Positions 24,669 to 36,899 of a stretch of DNA of 64,000 bases are shown here, in pieces. Source of the stretch: Camelus ferus (taxonomy: Eukaryota). The notes under the pieces are model-generated. The model worked only from the letters and a program-made list of their open reading frames with translations, ran no database searches and was not told the origin of the DNA. The DNA lies in the NCBI RefSeq assembly GCF_009834535.1, contig NC_045707.1, forward strand, positions 10,478,001 to 10,542,000. Direction: 5' to 3'. The translations under genes were made by a program, and so were the position numbers. Each line of letters starts with the position of its first letter. The first letter of the stretch is position 1.

Positions 24669-25789
24669 ACTGTGCCTAGTCCTCTGTGGGGCTCAGCCGA
24701 CCTCTCACACGCCCCCTTATCTGTGGACCCCTCCAGCTCCGAGCGCAGCCCCGGCTGAGGCCTGGAAGCCCTGCATTAATTAACTGCTTTATCTCAAAAA
24801 GTCATTCTCTCTCTGTCCAAGCACAGAGAGCGTCTCAGACAATCTCTTCTAGAAAACAAGAGCTTTGCACTTCAACTCGGCCAAGGGGAGAAGATCTGTT
24901 AGAAAATCTGAAAAAGAAGGAAAGGGCAGGTGAGAGTGTTCACTCACTGGGCAATTGAGTGCTGTCAGCGAGGCCCACGTGCTTGCAGTGGAGACACAGG
25001 GGGATCTGACAGCGTCCCTTCCCTTGAGAACTTGAGTCAGGAGCCCCCCCCCCCCACCATGCACACTGGCCTGCCTGGCATCTGCCTGCCTCCCAGGGGT
25101 GCCCTCCCTTGGTGAAACATTCTTTAGAGCAATGGCGCCTTCAGGTCCGGCTTGCTCAGGCACAGCCCTTGCTCTGTTCTGTGCTGCACCCTTGTGATCG
25201 TTGGCTGATGGCCCTGATCACAGTGGTGGCCACTTGGACGGCCATCCACCTGCAATTGAACATTGCTTAGTGTTTTCACAAAATCTCAAACCAATGTGTA
25301 AACCCTGAGAGGGTTCAATTGCACTCTGTATTTCTTTTGTTTTTTGTTGAAAAATGAAGAGATTTGGCCATCCTTGAGCTGGATGTGCATGGAGTACAGC
25401 CCGCTGGAAATAAGTAGCCTGTCCCCTTGGAAAGCGCCAGTGTCTCTGGTTCATCATAGTCCCCACTGCTCCCTGGGCTCCTGTGTCAGCCCCCGTCCTG
25501 CGTTCCTGGATCTGCCACGTCCTCCCTAGGAGCCTGGGGGCCAACAGAAGTGGGCAGGAACTGGGGGGCTTCCTGGGAGAGGTGAGGTGTGGATCCTTGG
25601 TAGCACTGGGGTGCAGCAGGAACGGGGAAGGACAGTCGAGGACACGCTGATGGTCCCGGGGAGATGGGAAGGTCGCTGACGCACTGTGGCAGGCCTGGGT
25701 CCCTGGAGTGATGCCAGGAGCATGTCCTTGGGGGGAGGGGACAGGTGGGCCTGGCCTCCCATCTCCATGATGCTTGTTACTGTCTGCAG

Positions 25790-25940
25790 GACCTTGGGTG
25801 GTTATTCACCTTTCCCGAGTCTCAGTGTTCTCATCTGTAGAATGGTGTAGATTCCGCTTTAGGGCCTTGGGGAGGGTTAAAAGCTGTAATGTCCGTGGGG
25901 CCCCAAGCTGGGTTCCTCGAACACTGTAAGTGCTCACAAA
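25790..25940 (+). mobile_element. MIR SINE
   Basis: accttgggtggttattcacc...ctcagtgttctcatctgtagaatgg...gtaagtgctca. Confidence 0.8.
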
Positions 25941-27559
25941 CCAAAACCAAACCCAACCCTCTCCTCCCTCCTCCGTCTTCAGCTCCTTCCTGGTATGAGA
26001 GTGAGGGGTGGGACTCTCCTCATGGTCCAGCCCATCCCCAGACGGACGTGGCCACGGGTGGTCCAGGTATCTGGGCCTGGATCTCCTCATGTTGTTCTCT
26101 GGTGGGTGCAGGGGGGTCACCCTGTCCAGACCCACACGCTCTCATTTTCTCATTTGAAGCCACCCCGAAGCCAGCCAGGGGCCCAGGGAGTGCAGCCTGC
26201 CCATCTGTCAGAGCACCCTGGGGCTCTGAGCTTCCTCACCCGAGTGCAGGAACGCGCGTCCCCACGCGTCAGTCCCCAGGCTCCGGGTGTGACCAGCGCA
26301 TTGGGGGGGTGGCCGCCCCACGCGCCCCGGGCTTGGGTGGCTAGTGCCCAGCGCCCCGGCTCCTGGGCCTGAGAGGACAGCCTCCCCCGGCCCCCACGGC
26401 TCCCGTGCCGGGATGCTGTTTGTCCACACCCGTGGCGTCACTCAGAGATGGATTGGCCTCAATGCCAGAGCCCAAAAACAAATGAATATTTGTTCCAGAA
26501 ACTCCAGTGATGTCAGGTTTTATTGTAAGTACATTTGGTGAGTGGCAGGCGATAAATCTTGCCTGTGTTAAGATTCTCCCGGCTCCGAGCCCGAGCCCCT
26601 GACTGCCTGTCATGCTGGGTGTGGCTCTGTCATGCAGACCCTGCCGCCCTCGCGTCTCAGCTCCATCCTGGCAGGAGGCCTCTCAGTCCCCTCCTGCCTC
26701 GGCCAAGACCCCTTTCCCCCGCCCCTCCTGGCACAGGAGTGAAGCCGCTTTGGATAAACAGGCACCAAGGTGACAGTTCATTCCTGAGCCCCCTTCCTGC
26801 CTCGAGCCGGGGGCCACGAGGCTGCTGGTCCCCAGGTGTGCGCCCAGGTGGGCTCCCGAGATGCTCCACGTCACCACTTCCAAGGTCCGCTGGGAAAGGC
26901 AGCCTTCCCCACCTCCCTTCTGTTGGGGAGTCCAAGTCCCTCAGCACCCAGCAGTGCTGTGTCCGCGGGAAAGCCCTGAGCTCCTGGATGGCCCGGGACA
27001 TGGCGGCTGCGCTGACTCGGCTCGACGTCTCCCGCTGCACGCCTGCGTTTGCTCTAGACACATTCCTTGAGAAGCTCTGGAATTCAGGCCCACGATGCAG
27101 GACCTTCCATGAACACAGCTGATGCGTTGACTCAGCAAGTGTCTACTGCGCTCCTACTGTGTGAACGGCGGGGCTCATCCTGCTGGGGCCGCCGGCTTCT
27201 GCTCCCCTGGGGCTGATGCGTGTGCCCCGCCCATGGGTGGGGCCTTGCTAGGGAATCTTGGGGGCTGTGGCGCTGTCCGAATGCTGGTCCGGAGGGGCCA
27301 GAGGCAAGTGGACATGAGGGTCGGTCCCCCTGGTAAGGAGCAAGGAGGGAGCTGAGGCTGCATCCTGGGGATGAACGCTGGCCGCTGGGCCACCCAGAAA
27401 TTGGTGATTCTGTTTCCACGCTCTGTAGGGTAACTTTCCGTCTTCTTCTGGCAAGTTCCCTGTCCCCTCCCCGTGAATGTAGGCGGCAGAGTTCAGCGGT
27501 CAGAAGCACCTGGAGATGGGCTGGCTGAACTGTAGGGTGTGCGCCCTTTGTTAGGTACT

Positions 27560-27700
27560 GCCGGAGGTTGCAGCTCACACGACCCCAATTTACAGATGAG
27601 ACAGTCGAGGCACATGGAGGCTAAATAGTCCACCCAAGGTCATGTGGCTGAGAAGTGGCAGAGCCTAGGTGTAAAGCCGGGCCATCCCACTTCGGGGCAG
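27560..27700 (-). mobile_element. MIR SINE
   Basis: ccccaatttacagatgagacagtcgaggcac...cccaaggtcatgtggctgag. Confidence 0.8.
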
Positions 27701-27914
27701 AGAGAGACACTACAGGTTCTGCGCCCGGGGGCCCTCCAAGGTCCTCACCCACTGTCTCTGCCACCAGCATGCACACAAAGTCAATCCTGCCACACCCTCA
27801 ACCACGTGTGGTATGGTTGCCTGGGCCCGCTGTCCATCTGAGGGACACCAGGGAGCTTAGTGGGCACTTCCCTGGTGGTTCGCGACCGTGGGCGTCCTTT
27901 CATGTTTGATGCCA

Positions 27915-28291
27915 TGATGGTGAGATCATGCGAACTCTGGGCTGTCGTCCCCAGGAGTTTAATTGCACCACACCCAGGAGCTGCCGTGAGGGTGTTCTGT
28001 AGATGCGGGGGATCTGCAGCCTGGAGACTTTAAGTGAAGGACATTCTTGGGGACTGTGGGTGGGCCTCACCCAATCAGTTGAAGGCCCTGTGAGGAAACA
28101 CTATGTTTTCCCAGAAAAGGAGAAATTCTCCGCGAAGACTGCAGTGTTGACTCCTGCCTCGGGTCCCACCCGCTGGGCCGCCGAGCGGATTTCAGACTTG
28201 TCGGCTCTGTGATGGTGCGAGTTGGTTCCTCAGAATAAATGGTACGGACCCCTTGTGGGCTCTGTGTCCCTAGAGAGCTCGGACTGACACA
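27915..28291 (+). mobile_element. MLT2 solo LTR
   Basis: gtgagggtgttctgtagatg...gggtgggcctcacccaatcagttgaaggcc...ccctagagagctcggactgacaca. Confidence 0.85.
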
Positions 28292-28399
28292 GTGGCCACC
28301 CATGCTTTCTCTTCCGTGACTTGCCTGTTGCATCTTGACATATTCCAAGTGCTGCCACCCGGTCGGTTATGTTAGTTGGAATAGCGTGTCCCAGGTTAT

Positions 28400-29085
28400 G
28401 ATTATGCGATTTTTATGCTATTTTTTGAAAACAAAAATTATGCTATTTGAAAAAAATTATGCTATTCTTTGAAAACAAAGTTATCTTCCTTTATAGTTTG
28501 TGGGTTTGTGTGTGTGTGTGTGCACGCGTACGTGTGTGTTGTTAAGACATCGCTGCCTTTAGATCCTAAAGATATTCTCCCGGATTTTCTCTTAAAAACT
28601 TTTGCAGTTTGCTTTCTACCATTTAGGTCTTTCATCTGACAGAACGGATTTGTGTGTGCTGTGTGGGGTTGGGGTCGTGCCGGGTGTGCAGCCCCTCCTG
28701 GGTGTCACTGACGATCCATGGCAGACACCAGCACTGGCCACCTAGCAGAGACTGGCGCCAAGGGCTTCTGGCCAGTATTCCGCTTCTGTGGGGAGGGCAG
28801 CGCGGTGGAGTTGGGAAGACCCTGCCCAGGACAGGCTGTTAGACTGCGGAACGTGCCTTTGTTTTTATTGGACTGTAGTCGGTTTGTGATGTTATCTAGT
28901 TTCATGTGTACAGCATAGTGATTCATTCACACACACATATTCCTTTTCAGATTCTTTTCCATTACAGGCCATTACAAGATACTGACTATGGTTCCCTGTG
29001 CTGTACGGTAGGATGTTGTTTATTTTATACATAGTAATTTGTATCTGCAAATTCTGAACTCCCAATTTATCCCTCCACCCTCCCC
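28400..29085 (-). mobile_element. Old L1 fragment plus younger L1 3' tail (about 28855-29085)
   Basis: atttaggtctttcatc (old L1) and tgtacagcatagtgattc...ctatggttccctgtgctgtac (tail). Confidence 0.7.
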
Positions 29086-30059
29086 TGGCATGTGTCTTCT
29101 TAAAGGAGATTTTCTTCAACCATATGAAGTATTTATGCTGGGATCTCAACGTGGCGTGATTGGAGGCCTAAGCGCCCCGGAGCTCAGCCCCGCTCACGGT
29201 CCAGCCTGACTTGTACAGGATCGGCTGGGACCGTACCACTGAACTTACGAAACCAGCTGTTCCTGCTATGAAATAGTTCAGCCAAGCCTCCAGCCCCACC
29301 TGTGCAGGACTGTGTCAGGCTTCAGATATTTTTTTTTTTTTTGTGCGTGAACACTCATTCCAGCAACATTTACGGAGTAACTCATTTGTTCCCTCCCGGC
29401 GTGTGCTTTGCCTCGCTGTGCACGGGGCTGACGCTGATTGGATGTTGGGTGTTGTATATGGAAAACTGCGGGAAACGGTTTTAAGCCTGGAATCTTTATC
29501 ACCTTCCTCTGGAGAAGGTTTCCTGCGTGTCTGGCCAGAATCAGGGGCTCTTGGAGCCCAGGATCCCCTTCCTCCGCTCCTGGGGGCCTGGGCGGTTCGG
29601 AGCTGGGCTCTCGTCCCTGGGACGGCTCCGTTCTTTCTTCTCCAGGTATCAGGGAAGGAGAGGGGTCCCCAGCACCCTGTTAACTTCAGGTTTCCGTTGG
29701 CAGGTGAGTCTGTTTCTGTGTGGCGCGTCCTGTTCCGGTGGCTTACTTTCTGTCCCCGTGCTCACACCACACTCCTCCGACTGCGCTGCCCTTCGGTGGG
29801 ACAGAGCCCGTCCCGTTTTCTCCTTCAGCATCTCCTTAGCCGGCGCAGAGGCTGTGCTCCACCAGGTGAGTTCTAAGGTGAGCTGATCAGGTTCCCCGAA
29901 GCACTTTGCTGACGTCTGGCTGGGGTTGTGACAAGAGCGCGCCCTGGCTTCGGGAAACGGCGTCTTGCCGCTGGGGCCCTTTCCGTGCGGGAGCGCAGCG
30001 CACTTCCCAGCTGCGCTGCAGTGTCGCGCTTGTCTTGCTTATCTGTTCTTCACAAAGAA

Positions 30060-30486
30060 ATAGATTCTATTTTTTAAAATAGTTTCAGCTTTACAGAAGA
30101 ACTTAGAGAGTATGGAGAGTCCCCATACACCTCTCCCCCATTTTCATAACCTTGCGTTAGCGTGCCACATCTGTTACCACTGATGAACCAACACAGATAC
30201 ACTGTTGTCCACTCAAGCTCCTGGTTACACAAAGGTTCACTCTATGTTGTATGTTCTGTGGGTTTGGACGAACATGTGATTTCATGTATCCGCTGTTACA
30301 ATCTCATACAGACTAGCTTCCCTGCCCTAAAAATCCCGTGTTTTGTTTATTTGTTCTTTCTTCTTGCCTCCCCCCAACCCCTGGCAACCACTAACTTTTT
30401 TTTTTTAAATGTACAGCTTTGCCTTTTCCAGAATGTCCTATGGTTGGAATCATACAGCTTGCACCATTTTCCGATTGGCTTCTTTC
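30060..30486 (-). mobile_element. L1MB/MC-like 3' UTR end
   Basis: cagctttacagaagaac...ccctggcaaccactaac...ccagaatgtcctatggttggaatcatacag...gattggcttctttc. Confidence 0.8.
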
Positions 30487-32320
30487 TTGCCTTATTGCTT
30501 TAGCTACCAATTCTAGTACAATGTTACATAGGAGGGGAGGGAAGAAGCATTCTTGCCTAGGTCTCGACCGAAGGGGCAAACATCTAGTTTCTCAGTGTTG
30601 AGTATGAGATCAGCTGTAAGATTTTTTTGCAGATGTATTTTATCAAGTTGAGGAAATTCCCTTCTATTCTTAGTTTGCTGAAAAATGTAAAAGCCATGAA
30701 TGGAGGTTGGATTTTGTCAAAAGCGCTTTCTGTATCTATTGGTGTGATCATTGGTTCTTTCTTGTTTAATCTGTTATGTGATGACTTACATGAACTGAAT
30801 GTGTACCTGGAACAAGTACCACTTGAGTGTGGTGGACATTTCTTTTTACACATTGTTGGACTTCAATTTGCTGACATTTTGTGGAGAATTTTTGCATCTT
30901 TGTCCACGATGAATGTTGACCTGTAATTTTCCTTTCCTGTAATGTCTTTATTTGGCTTTAGCACAAGCGCAAAGGTGACCTCATAGAACACTGAGTTAGA
31001 AAATTGTCCTTCCACTTCTGTTTTCTGGACTAAGTTGGAGAGGACTGGTACCATTTCTTGCTGATATGTTTGGCAGAATTCACCAGTGAGAGCATCTGGG
31101 CCTGGGGCTTTCTTTTCTCAGAATGTTGTTAATTATTGACTCAGTTCATTGAATAGATTTAGATTCAGGATGTCTGTTTCCTCTTGTGTGAGTTTGGTCA
31201 TTGCGTGGTGCCCCTCTTCATCACTGGCATTTTCCTTGTTCTGAAGCCTGCTTTGTCTGAAATTAATGTACTTTCCTCCAGTTCTCTTTTGATTAGTGTT
31301 AGTATAAAATATCTTTTCTGTCTCTTTACTTATAATGTACCTATGTCTTTATGTTTAATCTCTTGTAGACAATGTATAATTTCATCTTTTTTTAATGCTC
31401 TGAAAGTCTGTCTTAACTGGTGCGCTTAGACCACTCACATACGAAGCGATCGGTGGTGCGGCTGGACTCAGACCTGCCACGCTTGTTTCTATCAGCTGCA
31501 CTCACACTTGGTTGCTTTTTCCTCTCTCTCTTTTTCTGCAGGTTTAATTGAACATTTTATATGATTCTGTTTTTGCTCCTCTATTAGAAATCCAATGTGC
31601 TGTCCATTCACTCCTCTCTTAGCACAGCGATTACACTTCTTTTTTAAACTTTTGAGGTGGTTGCCCTAGAGTTTGCAACATCCTCTTATGACCAATCTAA
31701 GTCTGCTCTTAACAACATCCAACCAGTTTGTAGGTGATTCAGGTAACTTAACAGAATATCCCCAATTACTCTCCCGTGTTCCTCATCTAGTTGCTGTCAT
31801 GCATTTCACTTGTCTGTATGCAATCATCTCCCAACACACTGTTACCATTATTGCTTTGAACAATTAGTTATTAGATCAGGTAAGTTTAAGAAAAATAAAA
31901 TATTTTATTTTACCTTTGTTTGTTTCCTCTCCTAAGCTTTTTCTTTCTTTATTTTGATCTGAGTATACGGTTTGCATCATTTTCTTTCTCTATAAAGAAC
32001 TTCTTTTAGTATTTCATGCAAGGTGCGTCTGCTGGCAACAAGTTCTCTAAATTTTAACTTTTCTGAAAAGTATTTTTCCTTAACTTTTGAAGGAATACTT
32101 TCTCTGTACAGAATTCTAGGTCAATTTTTTTCCTTTCAGTGTTTTAACTGTTTCACTTCCCTCTCTTCCTGCTTGCATGGTTTCTGATGAGAAAAATGTC
32201 ATTCTTATTTGTGTTCTTTTAATGGCAAGAAGCTGTTATTTTCTGACTTATTTCAAAAGTTTCTCTTTTTTGTTTGTTTGTTTTGTATTTTAAGTATGAT
32301 ATTCCTGTGTGTAGATTTTG
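30481..32320 (-). mobile_element. L1 inverted 5' segment (ORF2 RT N-part, EN, ORF1 end)
   Basis: Minus peptides PLRSRPRQECFFPPLLCNIVLELVAKAIRQE, PIDTESAFDKIQPPFM and KPNKDITGKENYRSTFIVDKDAKILHK match L1 ORF2p. Confidence 0.85.
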
Positions 32321-32321
32321 T

Positions 32322-33700
32322 GCAGATAATATAAACTTGTACACAGAAAACCAGAAGGAATCCCCCGAAACCATTAAACTAATGAGCATGTTCACCAAGA
32401 TTGCAAGATGCAAGGTCAATATATAAAATAAATTTTATTTCTACATTCTTGCAAGGAACAATTCAAAAGGGAAACTAAGAAAATAATTTCAATTACAGTA
32501 GCATTGAAATAATAAAATATTTCAAAACTATTTTAAGAAACAAGCACAAAATGCATACTCTGAAAACTGCAAAACATTGTTGGAAAATTAAAGAAGATTT
32601 AATAACTGGCAAGAATCCTCGTGTTCATGGATTGGAAGTATTAATATTAAGATGATAATCCTCCCCCAGTAGATTTGTATGTTCAACACAATCCCTGTGA
32701 TAATCTCCACTGCCTTCCTTGAAGCTGTAGTCAAGCTGGTCCTAAAATTCATGGGTAACATCAAGGCACCCAGAATATCCAATACTATGTCAAAAAGAAC
32801 AACAGAGTTGGAGGGCTCACTTTCTACAATTTCAAACCTTACTGCCTTGCTACCATATTCAAGACAGTGTGGTCCTGATGCAAGGATGGACAGGTGGATC
32901 TGTGGAATGGATTTGAGAGTTCAGAAATAAACCCGTGTATCTATGGCGGATTGATTTCCGAATAGAGTGCCAAGACAATTCAATGGGGAAAAGGATAACT
33001 TTTCCAACTGTTGCTGCTGAGACAATTGGATTTCCACGTGTGAAGGAATCAAGTTACTCTTCTATCTCACAACATGGATAAAGAATTAACTCAAACTGTA
33101 ACAGACACAAAAGTTAGCTCTTAAATGTAAGAGCTGAAACTATGAAACTATTATAAAAAAGCGGGTATAAAGCTTTCATGGCCTTAGACCAGAGAGGCAG
33201 TGGCTTCTTAGATATTACATCAAAGCACAAGCGACAAGATGAAAACAGGCAAGTTGGACTCCATCGAGAGAAAAAAATTTTGTGCCGTACAGGACACACC
33301 AAGAAAGTGGAAAGAAGGAGAAAAATACCCACAGGATGAGGGGAAATATTTGCGAATCTTCTATCTGAGAAGGGACTTGTACCTAGACTACATAAAGAAC
33401 TTCTAGCTCAGCGGGAAAAAGATGAATGGCCCAATTAAAAATGGGCAAGGATTTGAATAGACGTTCCTCCAAGGAGGATAAACAAACGGACAATAAATGC
33501 ATGAGAAGTGGCTTAACCTCATTAGTCATCAGAAAAATGCAAGTCAGAATCACAATGGGTTACTGCTTCGGACCCATTAGGGTGGTTATAGCAAGAAAAG
33601 ATAGATAATTACAAATGTTGGGGATGATGTGGAGAATTTGGAATCCTCATGCTGTGCTAGCGAGATTATAAAATGGAACGGCTTCTTCAATGAACAATGT
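32322..33700 (+). mobile_element. L1 ORF2 from the FADD catalytic motif to the C-terminus (decayed)
   Basis: ADNINLYTENQKES, FNTIPVIISTAFLEAVVKLVLKFMGN and MGKDLNRRSSKEDKQ match ORF2p; stops and frameshifts present. Confidence 0.88.
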
Positions 33701-33704
33701 GTCA

Positions 33705-33920
33705 ATACGATGAGCTGAATTGTGTATCCCCTCCCCATTTATGTGTTGAAGCCCAAACCTCTGAGAGTCTTTGGAGGTGGGGTAATAGGTCATGAGGGTG
33801 GGGCTCCTGCAATGGGATTAGTGCCCTTATAAGAAAAGAGAGGAGAGACACAATTACTGTCTCCACCTGTGAAGACGCAGTGAGAAGGTGGCTGTCTGCA
33901 GTCCTGGAAGAGGGTCCTCC
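33705..33920 (+). mobile_element. MLT1A-like LTR fragment
   Basis: gctgaattgtgtatcccc...ggtcatgagggtggggctcc...gggattagtgcccttataag...agtgagaaggtggctgtctgca. Confidence 0.85.
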
Positions 33921-34136
33921 CCAGATGTGCAGATATTAACTACTATATATAAAAATAGATATACAAAATTTCTTCTGTGTAGCATAGGGAACTATATTCA
34001 ATATCTTGTAATAACATATAATGAAAAAGAATATGAAAATGAATATATGAATGCAAATGTGTGACTGAAACATTATGCTGTACACCAGGAATTGACACAT
34101 TGTAACTGAATATACTTCAGTTAAAAAAAAAAAAGA
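33921..34136 (+). mobile_element. L1 3' tail with poly(A)
   Basis: cagatattaactactatatataaaaatagat...gggaactatattcaatatcttgtaataac...A12. Confidence 0.85.
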
Positions 34137-34149
34137 ATGTCATAGAGAT

Positions 34150-35300
34150 GGGGTGATACACTTAGCCTCATGTGGCAGGTGCTTTTTACAACATACAGTT
34201 CAGTCACCCACTTTTGAGTGTGAATCACGAACTCAGTTGCGTCATGTTTCTGAGTGCTGTTCCTTTGTACAGAGAGTTTGCGAGTCCAGTGAAATGGCTT
34301 CTCAAATTTGGTGGCAGTTTCTGAGTCCTAATCAGGTTAAAAAAGTTGTCTTTGTCTGTTTATTTGTTTCTCTGTTCACCTGTTGAAGGACATTTGGGTT
34401 GTTTCCAGGTTGGGGTTGCCATAAGATCTTACGATCAGACTTGTGTGTGACTGTAAGTTGTACTTTGTTCTCACACCAAGGAGTAAGATTGCTGGGTCAC
34501 ATGGCAACTGGATATTGAACTGTACAAGGAACTGCCTTTTTATGAGAAGCCTCTTCGTTCCTGTAGTGACTGTACCGCCCGCGTCTCCACGGGCGATGGA
34601 TGAGAAACGCACTTGCTTGTTCTGCGTCCTAACTGCCCCAGTATTGCAGCCTTTGCTGCTGTTGGGTTTCTCCCAGTTTCAGCAGTTGCAGTGGGTGGAA
34701 GTGATGTCTCCTCGGGGCTTTAAGCTGCGTTTCCCTGGTGACCAGCGATGCCGACTGAGCACCTGTTCGTATGATCATTTGCCAACCAGGTATCTTCTTT
34801 GGTGAGATGTCTGCCCCCAATTTTTTGCCTGTTTTTAAAAATGGGGTGTTGTTTCCTTATTGCTGAGCTTTCATAGTTCCTCATCTGTTGACACATGTCT
34901 TTTGTGGGCTATTCCCTCTGCCTTGAGACATCCCTTTCTTTTGTGTAGTATTTCTCTTGTATGTATTTTTCCATCCACTTATTTTCAGCTTCTCTGTGTG
35001 GTTTGCTTTCAGGTATGTTTCTTGCAGTCAGTTATTAGTCATGTTTAAAAATCCAGCACGGTGTTCTGGGACTTTCACTCCATGACTCCAGTCCTTTTGC
35101 CTTTGCTGTGGTTCCCTGTATGTGTAGAGTCATATCCAGATTATCCTATGTTTCTTGCTTTTAACCCTTTTCATTTTTGCCTTCTATAGAATTAATGGTA
35201 CTTTCTAAATTTGTGTTTTTCTTTGTTTGTTTGGAGGTTATATAAATTACATGATTTTAGTGGTTTTTCTTTACATTTTTAAACATTAACAGCGAGCTGT
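34150..35300 (-). mobile_element. Old L1 antisense (3' UTR to ORF2 fragments)
   Basis: ttcacctgttgaaggacatttgggttgtttccagg...gattgctgggtcacatgg...tttggtgagatgtctg. Confidence 0.75.
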
Positions 35301-35834
35301 ATATATTTTTTTTCTCGGGGAAATGCAAGTGCTTAATACAGGCTTCTCTCTCTCACGTCAGTCACCCGAGAACCACGGAAAATCAGTTCTGTGTAAATGT
35401 GTTAACCAGGAGTTTATTTCCCATTATTTGAAAAGGGAAAAATTTATAATGCATTATACATCCATCCCAAACTCTCAACTAGTTTCCTCGACTGTGTCCA
35501 AGACCTGGAAGAGCGCCTGTATAAACGGAAAGCCGAGCTGATCAGGACATAAAGTGTCTGAGCGTCGCTTCCAGCTCACCAGCCCTCGTTCTGCTGCTGA
35601 CAAACCGCTGCGGTGCGGGCGGTAATATATCTCATTTATATGCTGTTCTGCAAACATTATGTTTGCCACCTCTCATGGAAAATCACACCTGGTAGTAAAT
35701 ATACTTGTTAGAAAAGTGCAAGCTAAAAATTTAATAAACTCAGGGCCAACTGCCCCCCAGGCGAGTTGGAGCCTTGAGGCTCCAAGCCAGCTGAGAAGAG
35801 GGGTGGCGGGGCAGGGTGGCGGGGCAGGCTGGCA

Positions 35835-36044
35835 TGGATGGTGTGTCCTGGTGTGGCCAGTGCATCCTGGTGTGGCCGGTGTGTCCTGGTGTGGCCGGTG
35901 TGTCCTGGTGTGGATGGCGTGTCCTGGTGTGGCCGGCGTGTCCTGGTGTGGATGGCGTGTCCTGGTGTGGACCATGTGTCCTGTCAAGGCCGGCGTGTCC
36001 TGGTGTGGAAGGCGTGTCCTGGCCCGGATGGCGTGTCCTGGCCC
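35835..36044. repeat. 19-bp GC-rich minisatellite, 11 units, consensus GTGTCCTGGTGTGG(CC/AT)GGY
   Basis: TCCTG recurs exactly every 19 bp: 35846, 35865, 35884, 35903, 35922, 35941, 35960, 35979, 35998, 36017, 36036. Confidence 0.95.
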
Positions 36045-36899
36045 TTCCAGGCAGGTCGGCAGACTCAGGCACCTGCGGGGAAGTCTGCACCATTTAGGGG
36101 CTGCTGAAGAGAATTCTGAGGAAGGAGGCCGGACAGATCTTCCGAGGACGTGGTTGGCACTTTTGGATGAAACAATTACAAAGTGCAGCCTTACGTGCTG
36201 CCTTGATGTTTACTTTCATAAACTCACTTGTTTGTGGCTCTGGGAGACGTCAAGCTGTCTTTCCCCCTTCTCTTTGAAGCCTCCCATCATATGACTGACA
36301 CTCAAGGCTAGTGTCTGACGCTGCATCCGCAGGGCCCTCTTCAGGTGATGCCTCTCTCAGGACCGGCAACATCCCTGGATGCACACCCCTGCCCTTCCTC
36401 CTTAGAAGGAGGGTACTTTTTCCATGTGTCACTAAGAAACATGTGCACGGTCAGGAGTCCGGTTGGAGACCCCTGCCTGAAGCTGAGGTCCCAAAGGGCT
36501 GCAGCCTTGCTGTGCGTGAGGAAAACCCACCATGCAGAAAGGGTTGCAAAAGCCCTGCACCCTCCTCCTGAGATTTTAAACCAAGTCTACATACTCAGGT
36601 TTATGGCCATGAATTCAAATCTTAACCACAAACTTTAACTCCAAGTGCTTGTAGGTGCGTCGTGTGTTTAGGTGCCGGGCAGGGAAAATGCCACTTCCCC
36701 CATCTTCATCTCCAGTCTGGACTGAGAGGGGTTGTAAGTGAGCTTCAGTTGTAACAGGGATCCCAATTTCAGAAATGTTCAAGTATGAAAAAAAATACAC
36801 GGAACTAATGAGATTCGGGGTGTGTGTGTTTACACGCCCACACCTGTTCATCTCCATAAATCGTGTCTCTCTGGGGGCAGTCAAGCTGCATGCCTCGAC

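Noticed and set aside
25251-25323. Pre-miRNA hairpin
   Set aside because: Only 11 bp pair; no known mature miRNA recognised here or elsewhere in the window
7154-27578. Many 100-230 aa ORFs in GC-rich unique DNA (e.g. 9017-9703, 10131-10823, 19645-20328, 21037-21669)
   Set aside because: Rich in P/G/R/A/S, overlapping in several frames and strands, often crossing repeats, with no recognisable domain; expected from stop-codon scarcity at high GC
29690-29885. Exons ending at CAG|GTGAGT donors (about 29703 and 29865)
   Set aside because: Good donors but no supportable acceptor, frame or homology; such motifs occur by chance in 64 kb
30481-33700. Active reverse transcriptase gene
   Set aside because: Stops, frameshifts, a mutated FADD motif (ADNI) and an inversion show a dead L1
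35659-36294. 211-aa ORF, or a CRISPR-like array at 35835-36044
   Set aside because: The ORF is open only because the 19-bp repeat lacks stops; units are contiguous without unique spacers and the DNA is mammalian
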